Below, piece by piece: positions 1 through 12,800 of a stretch of DNA of 64,000 nucleotides. Source of the stretch: Azolla caroliniana (lineage: Eukaryota > Plantae > Polypodiophyta); contig JBHGNT010000012.1 in NCBI GenBank assembly GCA_043228905.1, forward strand, positions 9,238,001 through 9,302,000. Direction: 5' to 3'. Both the position numbers and the translations under genes were made by a program. Below the pieces are notes generated by a model that was given only the letters and a program-made list of their open reading frames with translations, ran no database searches and had not been told where the DNA came from. The first letter of the stretch is position 1; each line of letters starts with the position of its first letter.

Positions 1-192
1 TTCCTCCAATAGCCCGGAACTTTCCGCTCATTCTTCGGCGAGTGCCGTTGTGACCCTATCAACCTCCTGCCGGAGCTCGGCCATCTGTTCCTGTTGTTGC
101 TTATGCTCTGTCTCCAGCTGCTTGTAGTCCCGATGCAGATGATCGAAATCATCGGTCTTCTGCTTCAGTCGTTGGTTGATCTGACGGCGCGT

Positions 193-957
193 TGTCGTAG
201 TGTATTTCGTACACTACGTGAAAAACTTATAAAGTACCGATTTAATAAATATGAATAAATAGTAGAAAATATTAAAATATATATAACATGCATAGGGGCA
301 GATTCGAACCTTGCACCTTCATGTTAATAATGTAATGTCTTACCATTACACTAGCATTTCATTAGTGTTCAAAAATAGATGTTCCACATAGAAAGCTTAG
401 TTCACCTAGGATAAACTTTAGTCAAAAGAAAACGCATGCTAAAAGAAAAAGCTACGCATGCACATCTAGCGTGCATGAACGCTATAGTTGATAAAAAACG
501 CACAAGTTAGAAAAAGCATGATCACTTTAGATAAAGCATATAGTCTATCTATAGGAAAAGCATGGAGTCTATAGTTAGAAAAAAAAAAGCATGGACTCCC
601 TCATCACTACATAAGAATGGGGAGCACAATGTAATAGGTGTGTGAAATATTTGGAAATTGGATATATTTCCGAAAACACCAACCGATTAATATAATCGTG
701 GGATTCACGAAAATAATATAATCTATACTTGTGGGATTCACAAGTTTCTTATATCTTTCTTTCAATCTAAATACATATTCTTATCTAAATATTGATTAAT
801 TGAATACAATACACTCGTGGGATTCACGAAATTTCTATCTCTCTTTCTAATAATCTATTCATTACTAGCCTCATCTCATATTCTTCTTTCTCCTAGTTCA
901 AAACCTCAGTGGTTCCCACCCGACTCACGCAATGATTCGGAGCCGAAAGGCACGACA
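193..957 (+). mobile_element. Solo LTR of family A (same family as the Gag-only element at 54036-57647)
   Basis: Starts TGTCGTAGTG and ends GGCACGACA; 3' half almost identical to ~54500-54854; 4-bp flanks GCGT/GCGC; splits the coiled-coil ORF of the Gypsy element. Confidence 0.9.
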
Positions 958-2730
958 GCGCATGGTCCTCCCTGTCCTTCTGTTCACGGAGCTCTTCCTT
1001 CAGCCTCTCTATTTCCGTCTCCGCCATCCGCCGCAGCTTGTCTTTTTCCTGCAACACTTTCTCTTTTTCCTCCTTCAGCCGGTCGTAAGCATGATGTCCT
1101 TTACGCAAGTTTTCCTCTGTCCGGCAAAGGTTCTCAACAGTCTTTCTTAATTCTTCTTCGGCCGCCTTCTTTAAGTCGCGTTCGCGGCTCCGTAATGCTT
1201 CCTGTGCGGCGAGCTCATCTCGTAATTCCGCAAGCTCTTGGGCTTGCGTCGCCTCTTTCTCCGGGACAGTTTGTGTCTCCGGGGTCTTATTCTTCTGTAC
1301 ATCAACCGGAGTCACCAGTGCTTGGACCTGTGTTGCGGTTAAGGCCATTTTGGCCATATCTCCTGTGATCCGATCCAAGTCTTGTTCTAGGCACCGGATC
1401 CTTGACCAGGCCGTCTCCAGTTCATCGGTTGTGACGAGCAACCGTTCCATTTGCGCTCTTTCCTCCGCCTCTATGCATCCGACTATTCCGGCAATTTGGT
1501 CTCCTATCCACTGGAGCCATTGGCTGCCAGTGCACTATTGTTGCACTTGCACAGAGAGTTGGCTGATGGGTTCACTCGCCAGTGGCTGGTCCCGCCTTTC
1601 TGCGTCAAGCTGCGCTTCTGGTTTTGCCAGCTGACCACTTTGTCGTTCCGGCTCTGAGTGTGTTTCGGCTAGTCGCCCCTTGTCTGCTTGTTCTTGGCCG
1701 GCTGGGGCGGTTGGCCTTGGGTGACGGGGCTTGCCAGTGCTGCCTATTGTGCCAGGACTTCTGTGACCGGTTCCATCCGAACCGGTTCCAGTGCCTCCCT
1801 TGGCGTGGGTTGCTCAGTGTGAGTTGCGGGCGTTCCATCCTTCTGTGGGTCCGAATGCTTCCCGGCTGATTCAGCGGTGCTCTTCACCGGCCTCCACTGG
1901 AGGTGCTCCGTGGGTTCTTCCTCCATTTCTTCCGCCGGAGTCCCGACATTCATTCTTGCCGCCAAGGTGTCCGTTTCCTGTTGCCCCGGTCGGTGGACTG
2001 GGCTCTTCAAGGGCCGTGCCGGTGTCTCCTCGTGCATGTCCGTTGGTCGCTTCCGGTTGGCGCACTCCTTCGCCGCCTTCTCTGCTTCGGCAGTCTTTCC
2101 CCTAGTGGCCTTGGAGGCCAATAGTTGTTGCTGTTTCAAAGCAGGTTTGGGGGTGCCGTCCGTTGCTCTTCCCCGCTTCTTGGTTTGGACGGGCTCGACC
2201 GGTGGCGCCAACAGGGTGAGCCATTGTGTCACCACGTGCCATATTTTCTGGCCTTCCTTGCCGTCCTTTCCTCTTACTATATCAATCGCCTTACACAGCC
2301 TGTCGGCGATCAGCACCGGCCAATCCACCTTGACCCCTTCGTACGTCGTGATGATCAAGCCTGCTCGGTTCTGAGGCATGACGGGGGGTCAAGGGTACAC
2401 GTGGCCAAACTCGTGGAGCACACGGGCAATTTCACGGAATAGCATATCTTCGCCGCTCTGTGTCCTATAGCCCTTGCTGGCTAGAGAGTACTCACCGAAA
2501 TATTTGATGAGTTGCTCGGGGGTAGGATTGTCGATCGTGTAGATACCTCCCTCCGGAAGGCCTATTAACGCACGGATCGCCTCCTATGTGATCACCTCCG
2601 TGTCGATTTCTTTTATAATTTTCTCGGCCTCCTTGTATGGCGCCGCCTCCATGATCGTTAAGAAACCCTCCAAACCGTGCTACCGTAACCATTTCTTGGC
2701 GGCTTCAGACAGCGTTTGGAAGTCCATCTC
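958..2730 (-). pseudogene. Extra 3' ORF of the Gypsy element (frameshifted; low-complexity and coiled-coil), continuing at 1-192
   Basis: ORF pieces 1744-2379 and 893-1450 lie in the same sense as pol, downstream of integrase; E/K/R-rich heptad pattern. Confidence 0.6.
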
Positions 2731-3145
2731 TGCGTCGAGGTTGGAGAGCGTTGGCGAGGTTTGATGGTGGGGAGAGTGTGAGAGAGAAAGTTCTGAGGGA
2801 GGGGGTTCTCTGTGTGCGAGCTCTCTACGATTTATCTTCACGTGTCGCTCTGCGTCTGTTCTCCTTGGTTCGCGATAGGAGAAGGTCTCAATGCGTGGGG
2901 GTTTTTCTCTCTGCATCTTGGTGCCTTTTTCGAGCCTCCGCATGTGTAGGTCGTGTACTATAATAGCATTGCATGCCATGTGGCAGTGGTTTAATGTCCT
3001 ATTCATAGCTCCTCGTACCTTTTCGACATGCCTCTTTACTCCTCGTGTGCACGGCCGTTTCCACCACTCCTTTCCATGATTTATTTGATTCGCTCCTTTA
3101 TTCTCTTCTTCTTCTTTTTATGTTTTTTTTGTTTAACTTGTGTGG

Positions 3146-4456
3146 TTAGTTTTTCTCCGGTCCTGTCGAACCCTTGCCCGAAGCGTGCCACTTGCCAGCC
3201 TCTTGACGGTTTGTCGTCGTTCTGCTCTCCTCGGTTGCCGGCTCATGCTCCTCCTTACTGTCTTGGTGGTAGCCATCGTCTTCACCGATTGGCGTTATGG
3301 TTGGCCTGCCGGCGTCTGATTCAGTGGCGGCCTTTCGTTCAAATGGGTTCTTAGGCATGGGTCCTTTGTATGGTTTTAGTCTAAATCCGTTGACCCATTT
3401 GCCCAACACTTCTCCGGCAAGTGTCCCCAACTGGTAGGACCCATTGAACTCGCGTGTGATCCAGTACGGTCCGGTCCATCTAAACCGTAGTTTACCTGGC
3501 ATTTTGCCCATACGGGTCTGGAACACGAGTACCGGCTTGCCGGTCTCGAACATCTTCTCGTTTCCCTTACGGTGCCGATCTACAAATGCTTTCCGTCTCC
3601 ATTGTTCCAATTCCAGGTGCATAATGCTCGCCAGTCGGTGTTCTTCCAGTTCGCATAGAGCCTTTAACCGAATTGCCTCCGATTCCTTTTCGTTCAATCG
3701 TTCCCGAATCAGAATCCGTAAGCTTGGTACCTGGAACTCAACCGGCATGACTGCCTCCAATCCGAATGCTAACCGGAACGGTGTCGTCCGGATGTTTGTT
3801 TTGTACACTGTCCGGTAAACCCAGAGCGCACTGTGCAGCTTTGTGTCCCAATCTGTCCGATTTTCATTGACGATCTTTCGGAGGATATTCTGGAGCGTTT
3901 TGTTCGTCGACTTAGCTAACCCATTTTCTTGCGGATAGTACGGTGTGCTTCGTTTATGTACTACCGCATAGAACGTCGTCAAACTTTCTACCACCTGCCC
4001 AAGAAAGTGCCCTCCTTGGTCGCTTATCAGCTCTATAGGGCATCCGTACCGGCACCAAATGCATTCGTATAAGAATTTCGCCGTTGACGTCGCGGTGTTG
4101 TCTCGTAGGGCTTTCGCTTCCACCCACTTAGTGCAATAATCCGTCGCGAAGATCACGTACTGGTTGCCGGTTCTCATTGCCGGTGGTTTAAATGGCCCGA
4201 CGAAATCCAGCCCCCATTTCTGGAATGGTTCTAGTGGTAGGACTAGCTGGTGTGGCATCCGAGCTTGTTTCGTTGGCTGACCCATTCGTTGGCATAGATC
4301 ACACTCCTTCGCATACCAGACTGCATCTTTCAATGTGGTTGGCCACCATAGGCCACTTTGCCATACTTTCCTTGCCGTCGCATCTCCGGCATAATGGCCT
4401 CCGGCGACTCCGCAGTGTGCCTCCCATAGTATTACCTCCTTCTCGTCGCTGCGCAC
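3146..4456 (-). CDS. Gypsy integrase fragment (zinc-binding domain, DDE core, GPY/F-type C-terminus)
   Basis: EAHCGVAGGH...CDLCQ, KWGLDFVGP, LISDQGGHF, RWTGPY motifs. Confidence 0.85.
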   Translation of the reverse strand: MRSDEKEVILWEAHCGVAGGHYAGDATARKVWQSGLWWPTTLKDAVWYAKECDLCQRMGQPTKQARMPHQLVLPLEPFQKWGLDFVGPFKPPAMRTGNQYVIFATDYCTKWVEAKALRDNTATSTAKFLYECIWCRYGCPIELISDQGGHFLGQVVESLTTFYAVVHKRSTPYYPQENGLAKSTNKTLQNILRKIVNENRTDWDTKLHSALWVYRTVYKTNIRTTPFRLAFGLEAVMPVEFQVPSLRILIRERLNEKESEAIRLKALCELEEHRLASIMHLELEQWRRKAFVDRHRKGNEKMFETGKPVLVFQTRMGKMPGKLRFRWTGPYWITREFNGSYQLGTLAGEVLGKWVNGFRLKPYKGPMPKNPFERKAATESDAGRPTITPIGEDDGYHQDSKEEHEPATEESRTTTNRQEAGKWHASGKGSTGPEKN

Positions 4457-4660
4457 CGCTCGTCACCAGATACCGTCCGCACCTTTGTGGTATAGCGTGT
4501 CCTGTAATAAACAGAAGTGTCGGCTCTGTACTGCCAGGCGTTTTCTCTCGTCCCGGTTCATCTCCTCCGGAGGCAATCCGGCACTCAGAAACTGGTGCAT
4601 ATTAGTTAGCCACTTATCTTCTTGTGCCACCGTTTCATCTGTTGTCGTTTCCGTGGTGAC

Positions 4661-6991
4661 TCAAAAAAGCTCTGCATCTGGAAACTCGTCCGGTACTCCG
4701 TCACCTGTCTCCCCGGAATCTAACCGGCCTAGATAATCTGCTACCGCATGCTGTATGTCGGGTCGGTGGAATATCTCGAATTCGAACTCTTGCAACAACA
4801 AAGTCCACAGGGCCAACTTACTGGTAAATGACGCTTTGGATACTAGGTAGAGGAGTGTTGAATGATCTACATGGAAGGAGAACTTTCTTCCCAATAAATA
4901 ATGCCTGAATTTTGTTAAACTATAGATCATTCCTAAAGCTTCCCTTTCCGTGGTAGAATAATTTCGTTCCGCTTGGGATAGCTTCCGGCTCGCATAGTAC
5001 ACTGGCCGGTACCACCTTGGCTCGGTAAGCTGCATGAGCGCGCTGCCGATTGCGATATCGGAAGCAATCACGAACACATGAAACTCTTTACTCCAATCCG
5101 GAGGCTGAACTACCGGTCCTTGTGACAATAACAACTTTAGTGCCCGGTATGCCTTGTCTTCGATGTCGGTCCATTGGAACGATGTTCGATGTACTGCCGC
5201 ATGCAGAGGTGTAGCTAGATCTGCCAAATATCGAAGCATACAGCTATGCCAGCGGATTTGTCCTAGGAAACGGCTCAATGCCTTTGCCGTTGCCGGTGCC
5301 GGTGCTTCCCGGATTGCTTTCACTTTGTCCGGATCTACGGCAATGCCTTCCTTGCTCACTATATGGCGTAGTAGCGTTCCGCTGGACACTCCAAATACAC
5401 ACTTTGCCGGGTTCAGGCTTAGCCGGTACGCCCTGCACTTCTCTAAACCTAGTCTGAGATGCTACAAATGATCTTCTTCTCTGCTATAGACGGCGAAGTC
5501 GTCAAGGAACACCTGCATAAAAGCCGGTATGTATTCGCCAAAGATCTCCATGATGATCCGTTGGAATGTTGCTGGTGCCGTTTTCAACCCGAACATCATC
5601 ACCACCGCAACAAACACTCCCCATTCGGTGACGAAAGCCGTTTCCTCTTGATCCTTAGGGTGCATCCGGATCTGATTATACCCGTCGAATCCGTCTAAGA
5701 AACTGTAGACTTCATGGCCGGCGACGACATCCAAAACTCCATCTGTAAACGGAAGTGGAAATGCATCCGTTATCGTTGACGCATTGAGCTTCTGGTAGTC
5801 GACACAAACTCTAATTTTGCCGTTCTTTTTTGGTACGACTACGATCGAGCTCAGCCATGTAGATTTCTTTATGGGACGGATGAAGCTGACCCTCAGTAAT
5901 TTGTCGATCTCCTCCTTGACTTTGGCGGCGTAGTTTGGGTTCATCCGGTACCGACGTTGTGCCACCGGCTTGGCGTCTTTGCTCAGATTATCTGGTGCTG
6001 ATACAACTGAGGATCCAGGCCTCTCATATCCTCGCACGACCAGGCAGACGTCGTGAAACTCGTTGAGGAGTGTAATTATCGCCGTTTTGTTCTCTGCATT
6101 CATTTCTTTGGCGATGTGCACCGGTTTTGCCTCCTTCGTCGTTCCTAGATTTACCTCTTCTAATTGGAACGCTTTTACGCGCTGGGATACGGCCATTTCC
6201 CTTTCCAACGCCTCTTGCGCATGCCGTAACTCCCAGATTGCTTCTTTATCCTGTTCTGCTTCGGTTCCGTCCGGTTGCAGTAAGTAGGGTGATACCGCTT
6301 CCACGACGTCAATTTCGAATAGGGGTACAATCTTCGGGTTCTCCAGCAAGTACTGCTCTTCTTCTTCGTCTGCTAATCCTTCCAGCATATTGGCACACTC
6401 TGCATATAACGGTGTCAGATCCTTGCCAGTGCCCTTCCTTTGTTGTGTTGGTACCCGTACCTTCGCTTTTCCCCGCCGGAACGTAATCATATTCCTCCTC
6501 TAGTTCTGCTTGATATGTGCCGTTTTTAACCAAGGGCATCCCAACAATAATGGGTACGATCCTTGAGCCTACAACTGGAGAACTACGGCTGAGATTCGGA
6601 ATGTGTGGCCCCCGATGGTTACTTCCAAGTTCTGTATTAATCCTGTCGGTCGCACCGAGCTAGTGTCAGCCATTCGGAGCCAGAACGGACATGGGTACCA
6701 CTCTCGGATTCCAAGAGCATCGCATGTCCGGAGGCTGATTACATTAACGTCGGAGCCTCCGTCTATTATCGTGCCGGGGAGTTGTTTCCCTTTCACAATG
6801 GACGTAATTGCCGGACTGTTGGTGTCCACCACGGCCGGTCCTTCTTCCGGATTTGAGAAGAATGCCGAAGGCGGTGGTGTTCTGCCTGTCGTCATGCCGG
6901 ACTTGAGTCCTTCTGTGAATCTTGGTACTAGCTGCAAGAGTCGTCCTAATGGCAGTGTGATCTGGCATTCCTGTAATACCTGCCATGTCAC
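4661..6991 (-). pseudogene. Gypsy protease-RT-RNase H, broken by stops and frameshifts
   Basis: IIDGGS; RVCVDYQKLN, MMFGLKTAPATFQ, FLDDF; ASDIAIGSAL, NYSTTEREAL. Confidence 0.85.
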
Positions 6992-7305
6992 GTTTTCGGA
7001 CTAACTGCCACCGACGAGCTCTTTGGTGTTCTCCTTCTATTGGGCGAGTTCTGCTACGTTTCACTCTTTTGCCTTTTTCACCCATTCCGTTGCCTGTTTC
7101 CGGATGGCCTCTTGTGTCTCCCATTCCGTAGTCTTCCCCTTCGACCTTGTGGTGACCTGCTGGAGGTCTGCGACTTCGGCAACTACCATGTTTACTGCCG
7201 GTCGCTTATCATAGCTTTTTGCCAGACATTGATTACTATAATGTCCTTCTTGCCGACAGTAATAGCATTATGCTTTCCGGGTATTGCTGGATTCGACATT
7301 GTTTC

Positions 7306-8833
7306 CTATACCCGGTGGAGGACTTGTGGTAACCGTGGGGCTCTGGTCTGGTTGGTTGCTTGAGGCGCCTTTTTCCGGTTCACGTGGGTGGCTCCCATTT
7401 TTGAAATACCGTTTTTTATTAAAGTTCTTTTTGTTGCGGTACCCTTGCTGGGGTTGGTCGTCATACCTCCCGTAATCTTCCCGTCATTGGTGATACCCGG
7501 GGGAGTGATCCCGGTTGTGATGCTCGTACCGTCCATTGTAATCTCGGTACTTGTCATATCTCTTGTACCGGTCGTAGTTGTCTCGTTGATTGTCGTACCG
7601 GACATCTTGTGCCGGTCGATATCGCTCCTCTTGTCACCAGTGTTCGTCTTCTTCGTCTCGGCTGCTACGTAGCTCGATTTGCCGAACTGGTGGAGCTTGC
7701 CGATTCAATAAGTTATATTCGCACCAGTCCATCATGTGGCTCGTAGATTGGCAGAGTAAGCAGTGTGTCCGCATGGTGCACTCCAGTGACGAGTGTCCGG
7801 AATTCAAGCAGGTCGTGCATTGGATTGCTTGCCAAAAACAGAGATCCTCATCGGTTGGTAATGCTCGTTGGAGGGCTCCCATTGTTAGCGAAGAGCTCGT
7901 TTTTTCCATTTCTCTAACCCGGTCAATGACCTGGTCGACGGTGCTTGTGCGAAAGTCAATGACCGTGCATACCGTTCGTAGAGGTTCCCGGAGCGTGGCT
8001 AAACATATAGCCTGCGTTTCTTCCTCTGGAGGTGCGCGGGTAAGCTGGTTGTGCATCCGTTGAAACCGGATTACAAACTGCGAGATGCTCTCCCCGGGAT
8101 CCTACCGAATTGTATAAAATAAGCCCACCATTTCTTGTTGATCCACCTCCTTCTGGAAGAAGTGCAAGAATTTGTCTTTTAGGTTCACAAAGGTGGTGAT
8201 GGTGCTATGATCCTGCATTCGGTGCCATCTGGCGGCTGGTCCTTCTAATGTTACGCCGAATTCGGCTATCTTGGATCATTCCTCTTCTGTCGTGGTTAGC
8301 CATTGTGACACATGGTTCGCTTCCCATGTTTGTTCAAACGCGTGAACATGAGCCTCCGCGTCCGGGTCATCCCGATACTTGGAGTACTAGAACGGCATAT
8401 CGTCGTCCGGTGTCGGTGGTCTTTCCTGTTGTTCCACCGGCATCTGAGGTCTTTGCCGGTCTTCCTTTGGTGTTGCCGGCTCGACTTCGGGTGTTGGAAG
8501 TTTTTGCCGGTGCACTTTCGTCTTCGGAGGTTGCTCCACGACGACTATCGGAGGTTCTCGGTCTGCCAACTCTGGTTCCGGTGTCGGTAAGGTATCTGAC
8601 TCCTTGTCCTCCGGTCCTCTTGGGGTGTCGTTACTGCTACGATAGTTCGTATGCGCGCTGTAACCCCCTTCCGAATCCGATTCCAGTGCTAAAAATGCTT
8701 CGGATTCGCCGCCTCTTCCGGCCAAGGCCTGGAAAAGGGTTTCCGCTTCCCGGAGGCTGTTTAAGCTGCTTCCTTCATCCGGGTAGGCGTTTTGTTGCAG
8801 ACGGAGCGACTCCTCTGCCACTTTCCGGATCAC
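7306..8833 (-). pseudogene. Gypsy gag region, disrupted
   Basis: Cys/His knuckle-like CTTCLNSGHSSLEC and CLLCQSTSH, located upstream of the protease. Confidence 0.65.
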
Positions 8834-9011
8834 TTTGGAAAATGATCGATCCGTTCAGATTTCTTCCGCTGCTTGCTGAAAAACCTCTCACCGCCGTGTC
8901 CGTTCAGCAAGTCTTCGTGCTCTCTCCGTAACCGGGTCGTCTGTTGGCCTAGTCATCCATTCTTGCCGCTGTTCACTGCGATAATGCAGGAATCGTGGTC
9001 GCCAAAAATTA

Positions 9012-9803
9012 TGTTATTGCTAGGGCCGGACAACAGCCTAACACAGGGTGTCCATTTAAGACACGTCACCAAAGGGTGGTACGGCAGAATGACTTACGGA
9101 AAAACTCTTACTTAGACCTTAATCGATTACTTAGCCATCCGTAATTAACACGCATAAGATATAACAATGAATACAAAACGGTGCCAACTGGCACCTTTAC
9201 AGAATCGTTCCGGATCCGGATCAGCATACCGATTCCGGTCCGTCCGTCCACATCTTCTTATATAATAATATGTATATATTAAGACTACTAATTACAATAG
9301 TTCCCAAAAAACTATTCTTTTCACACTCTGGTTTGGACCTCCTTAAGCCTTCTTTGCCGGCCGGTAACACTAAACAGAGAGAGAATTAATACTAGAGAAG
9401 GGAAGTACTATTAGTACTAAGAGGACGGGACTGCGTAAGACTCCCAAGAGAGGAAGAGAGAAGAGGAGAGAGAGGGATAGTGAGGACGAGAGAGAGAGAG
9501 AGAGAGATGATGATAACAGATTATATATTATAAGAAGAGTAAGTAGAAAAGGGCTATGAGACTAAAGACTGGCGTTGAACCAATTTGGTTCAACATAATG
9601 CCTAGTGCCCTCTTTTATAGTGTTCTCAGGAGTAATCCTGAAGCTTCTAGAATGTTCCAGAGAAATCTGGAATATACATTAATTTCTTATAATAAAATGT
9701 AAATGAAAATAATATCCTACGTATTACAATAGATGATATAATGGTCAAGAGCTCGACCCATACAAGCTAAGGTCATGTGTTCGAGTCTTGCCATATCATG
9801 ACA
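9012..9803 (-). repeat. 5' LTR of the Gypsy element
   Basis: Minus strand TGTCATG...AATAACA, then PBS-like TTTTTGGCG; abuts Copia RT sequence (LVAKG) at 9804. Confidence 0.75.
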
Positions 9804-12800
9804 GTTAGTGGCAAAGGTATACGCATAGACCTACGGAATAGACTATGAGGAGACCTTCTCTCCGGTAGACAAGATGACAACGGTTCGTGTGGTACTGGTT
9901 GTTGCTCCTGCAAGGGAATGGCATCTTCACCAAATGGACGTGAAGAATGCGTTTCTTCAAGCTGACCTTGAAGAACGGGTCTATATGATCCAACCCCCCG
10001 GATTCCAATTGGAGATGAACAAGTCAGTAGTATGCCGACTCAAGAGGTCGCGTAAGATGGGGTTTGCGGCTTCAAAGTCCAACTCGTCAATATTCATCCG
10101 GAAAGGTCCGGTTTGTATCTAGCTATATGTTGATGATTTAGTCATCACCAGACCCGGACTAGATGAAATCGGTCGAGTGAAGTCCCATTTGTCGAATGCA
10201 TTTGAAATCAAGAACCTGGAGGACCTTCATTATTTTCTTGGGATCAAGGTGATCCGGGCCCCCGATGGCATATTGCTCTCACATAGACACTATGTGTTGA
10301 ATATGTTGTACAAGTTCGGCATGATGGAATGCCGACCCATCTCTACACCCTTGGACCGGAACCTGAAGCTACGTCCCGACTCCAGCCCGGTCTGCGATGA
10401 GATACGGTTCCGACAAATTGTCGAAAGCCTTATATACTTGATGACTGCCCGACCCGACATCAGTTATCCAGTTGGGGTGATCAGCCAGTTTATGCAGAAC
10501 TCAACCATGGAGCACCTTCAGTGTGCGCATCGACTATTGCGATATGTGCGCGGCACGAAGGACCGAGGACTGTTATATCGACATGGTATAGCTAGGAAGT
10601 TGGTCGGGTATATCAATGCTGACTGGGCTGGTGATGCATCGGATCGCCGATCCATCTCCAATTACATGTTTTCTGTTCGTAGCGCGGCTATTGCATGGAG
10701 CAGCAAAAAGCAGCTAACAATGGCTCTGTCATTGAGGCTGAGTACCAGGGTGCTACCATTGCCACCTGTGAAGCCAACTGGCTTCGACAATTGCTGCAAG
10801 ACCTCCGGATCGAGGTGTAGACCCCGATCCTGATTTATTGTTACAACGTTAGCAGCATACAGCTCGCCAAGAACCTTGTATTACATGCTTGGACAAAGCA
10901 CATAGAAGTGCATTATCACTTTGTTCGTGAGCGGGTCCTGAGCGGTGAAGTTGAACTTCGGTATATTCACACGGATCGGCAGGTTGCCGACATTTTCATC
11001 AAGCCACTCGGATCGGACAAGTTGCACCATTTTTCGGAGATGCTCGACATTCAGCATCTCGATGTGCCGCACTTTAGGGGGCGAACAGGAACGGGAATGG
11101 ATGGCACTGGACAAGCAACCGGAGAGGAAGAAAGAACCAAGGGGGGAGATGAGCAGATAAAGGAATCCGAGCTGACCGAAGGAGTCGGCACATCCGAACA
11201 AGTTGGTGCTGAGAAATTGTTCAGTCAAATCATAATAAGTGAATTGTGCTGAAATACGAATCACAAATATGCCAGAAAACAGGACAACAATGGTGCACAG
11301 AGATTTAACGTGGAAACCCGAAAACGGGAGAAAACCACGGGAACAGAGCTTCACTATAATAGTGGATATACAACACAGAATGTTACAACACTCCTTCGAG
11401 TGTATCAGCCACACAGGGCTCTTGGCGTCTGTTGTTACGCACATAGCTATGGCGCCGCTCTCACTCACTCTTTGTCTCACACACTCACACGCTACTTCTG
11501 TTCTACTCACACACGCACACGTTTTCCCTAAATGTATTTATACTAATACATTGTATGGGCTATTTACACATGTAGCCCCTACTACATATTATCACTATTA
11601 TTAACATTACAATAATAATAATCAACCTATTAGAAAAAACGATCGACTCTATTTTCGACTCTTCAACTGTCAGCTATTTCCGAACAGTCAGTTCTTCCCT
11701 GTCTTCGACTGTCAGCTCTCCTTGGTCCGATCAGTCGGCTCCTCGTAGTTATCGACTATTAGCTACTCTTGGACAGTTGGCACCTCCTCCCACTGGAGGG
11801 AGATATTCCCAACAAACTCCCCCTTCACTCCTGTGGGAGGGAGTCAAACAATCCTGTCTTCTGTCGACAAACTCTAAGTCTGTCCATAGGTAGGTTCTTT
11901 GTGAACATGTCGGATCCATTGTCGTCAATATGGATCTTCACAAGAGAAAACTCTCCTTCTTCGACTGTCTCCCGCAAGCAATGATACCTTCTCTGTATGT
12001 GCTTGGTCCGGGAGTGGTATGCAGCATTCTTGGCAAGGTGTATGGCGCTTTGGCTATCACATTGAAGCAAGAACTCCTTTTTCTTCATCCCTAATTCATT
12101 GAGAAAATTTATCATCCAAATTAGCTCTTTGCCGGCCTCTACCGCTGCCATATACTCTTCCTCTGTAGTCGACAAGGCTACAGACTTCTGCAGTCGTGAC
12201 TGCCATGACACTGCTCCCCCTGCATAGGTCATCACGTGCCCTAATGTGGATCGGCTCGAGTCGACATGTCCCGACATGTCCGAATCAGTAAAACCTTCTA
12301 GCACAGGTTTTCGGACACCATACCTTAGGCACACCCCCGAGGTGCCCTTTAAGTACTTGAGTATCCACTTCATTGCTGCCTAGTGTTCTCTTCCTAGATT
12401 ACTCATATATTGGCTTACTGCTCCCACAACAAATGCTATGTCTGGTTTCGTACAGACCATAGCATACATTAGACAGGCAACAGTCGAGGCATATGGTACC
12501 TTCCTCATCTTGGCCTTCTCCTTCTCCCCTTTCGGGCACTTCTTCACATTCATCCTGCAATTTGTCAGTAACACCGAGCCGACTGGCTTTGCATCCGACA
12601 TGTTGAATATTTCTAGGATCTTCGTCACATACTTTTGTTGTGACAACCATAGCACCTTTTGAGTTCTGTCTCGAACTATGTGCATTCCTAAGATCTGTTT
12701 AGCCAGTCCAAGGTCTTTCATGGCAAACAACGTGCTTAGAGCTTTCTTCAAGCTTCCGATCTTTTTTGTGTCTTGACCGACTATCAACATGTCAGCTACA

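Larger units (their letters stand above)
1..9803 (-). mobile_element. Degenerate Ty3/Gypsy LTR retrotransposon (non-chromovirus, Athila/Tat-like); 3' end lies left of the window
   Basis: Minus-strand order gag (7306-8833), protease IIDGGS (6569-6991), RT with FLDD (5462-6490), RNase H (4661-5389), integrase HHCC plus WGLDFVGP (3146-4456), then extra ORF pieces. 5' LTR ~9012-9803 with TG..CA ends, followed by TTTTTGGCG PBS-like sequence. Confidence 0.9.

Noticed and set aside
287-357. Functional tRNA gene
   Set aside because: A and B boxes are present, but no convincing acceptor or anticodon stems.
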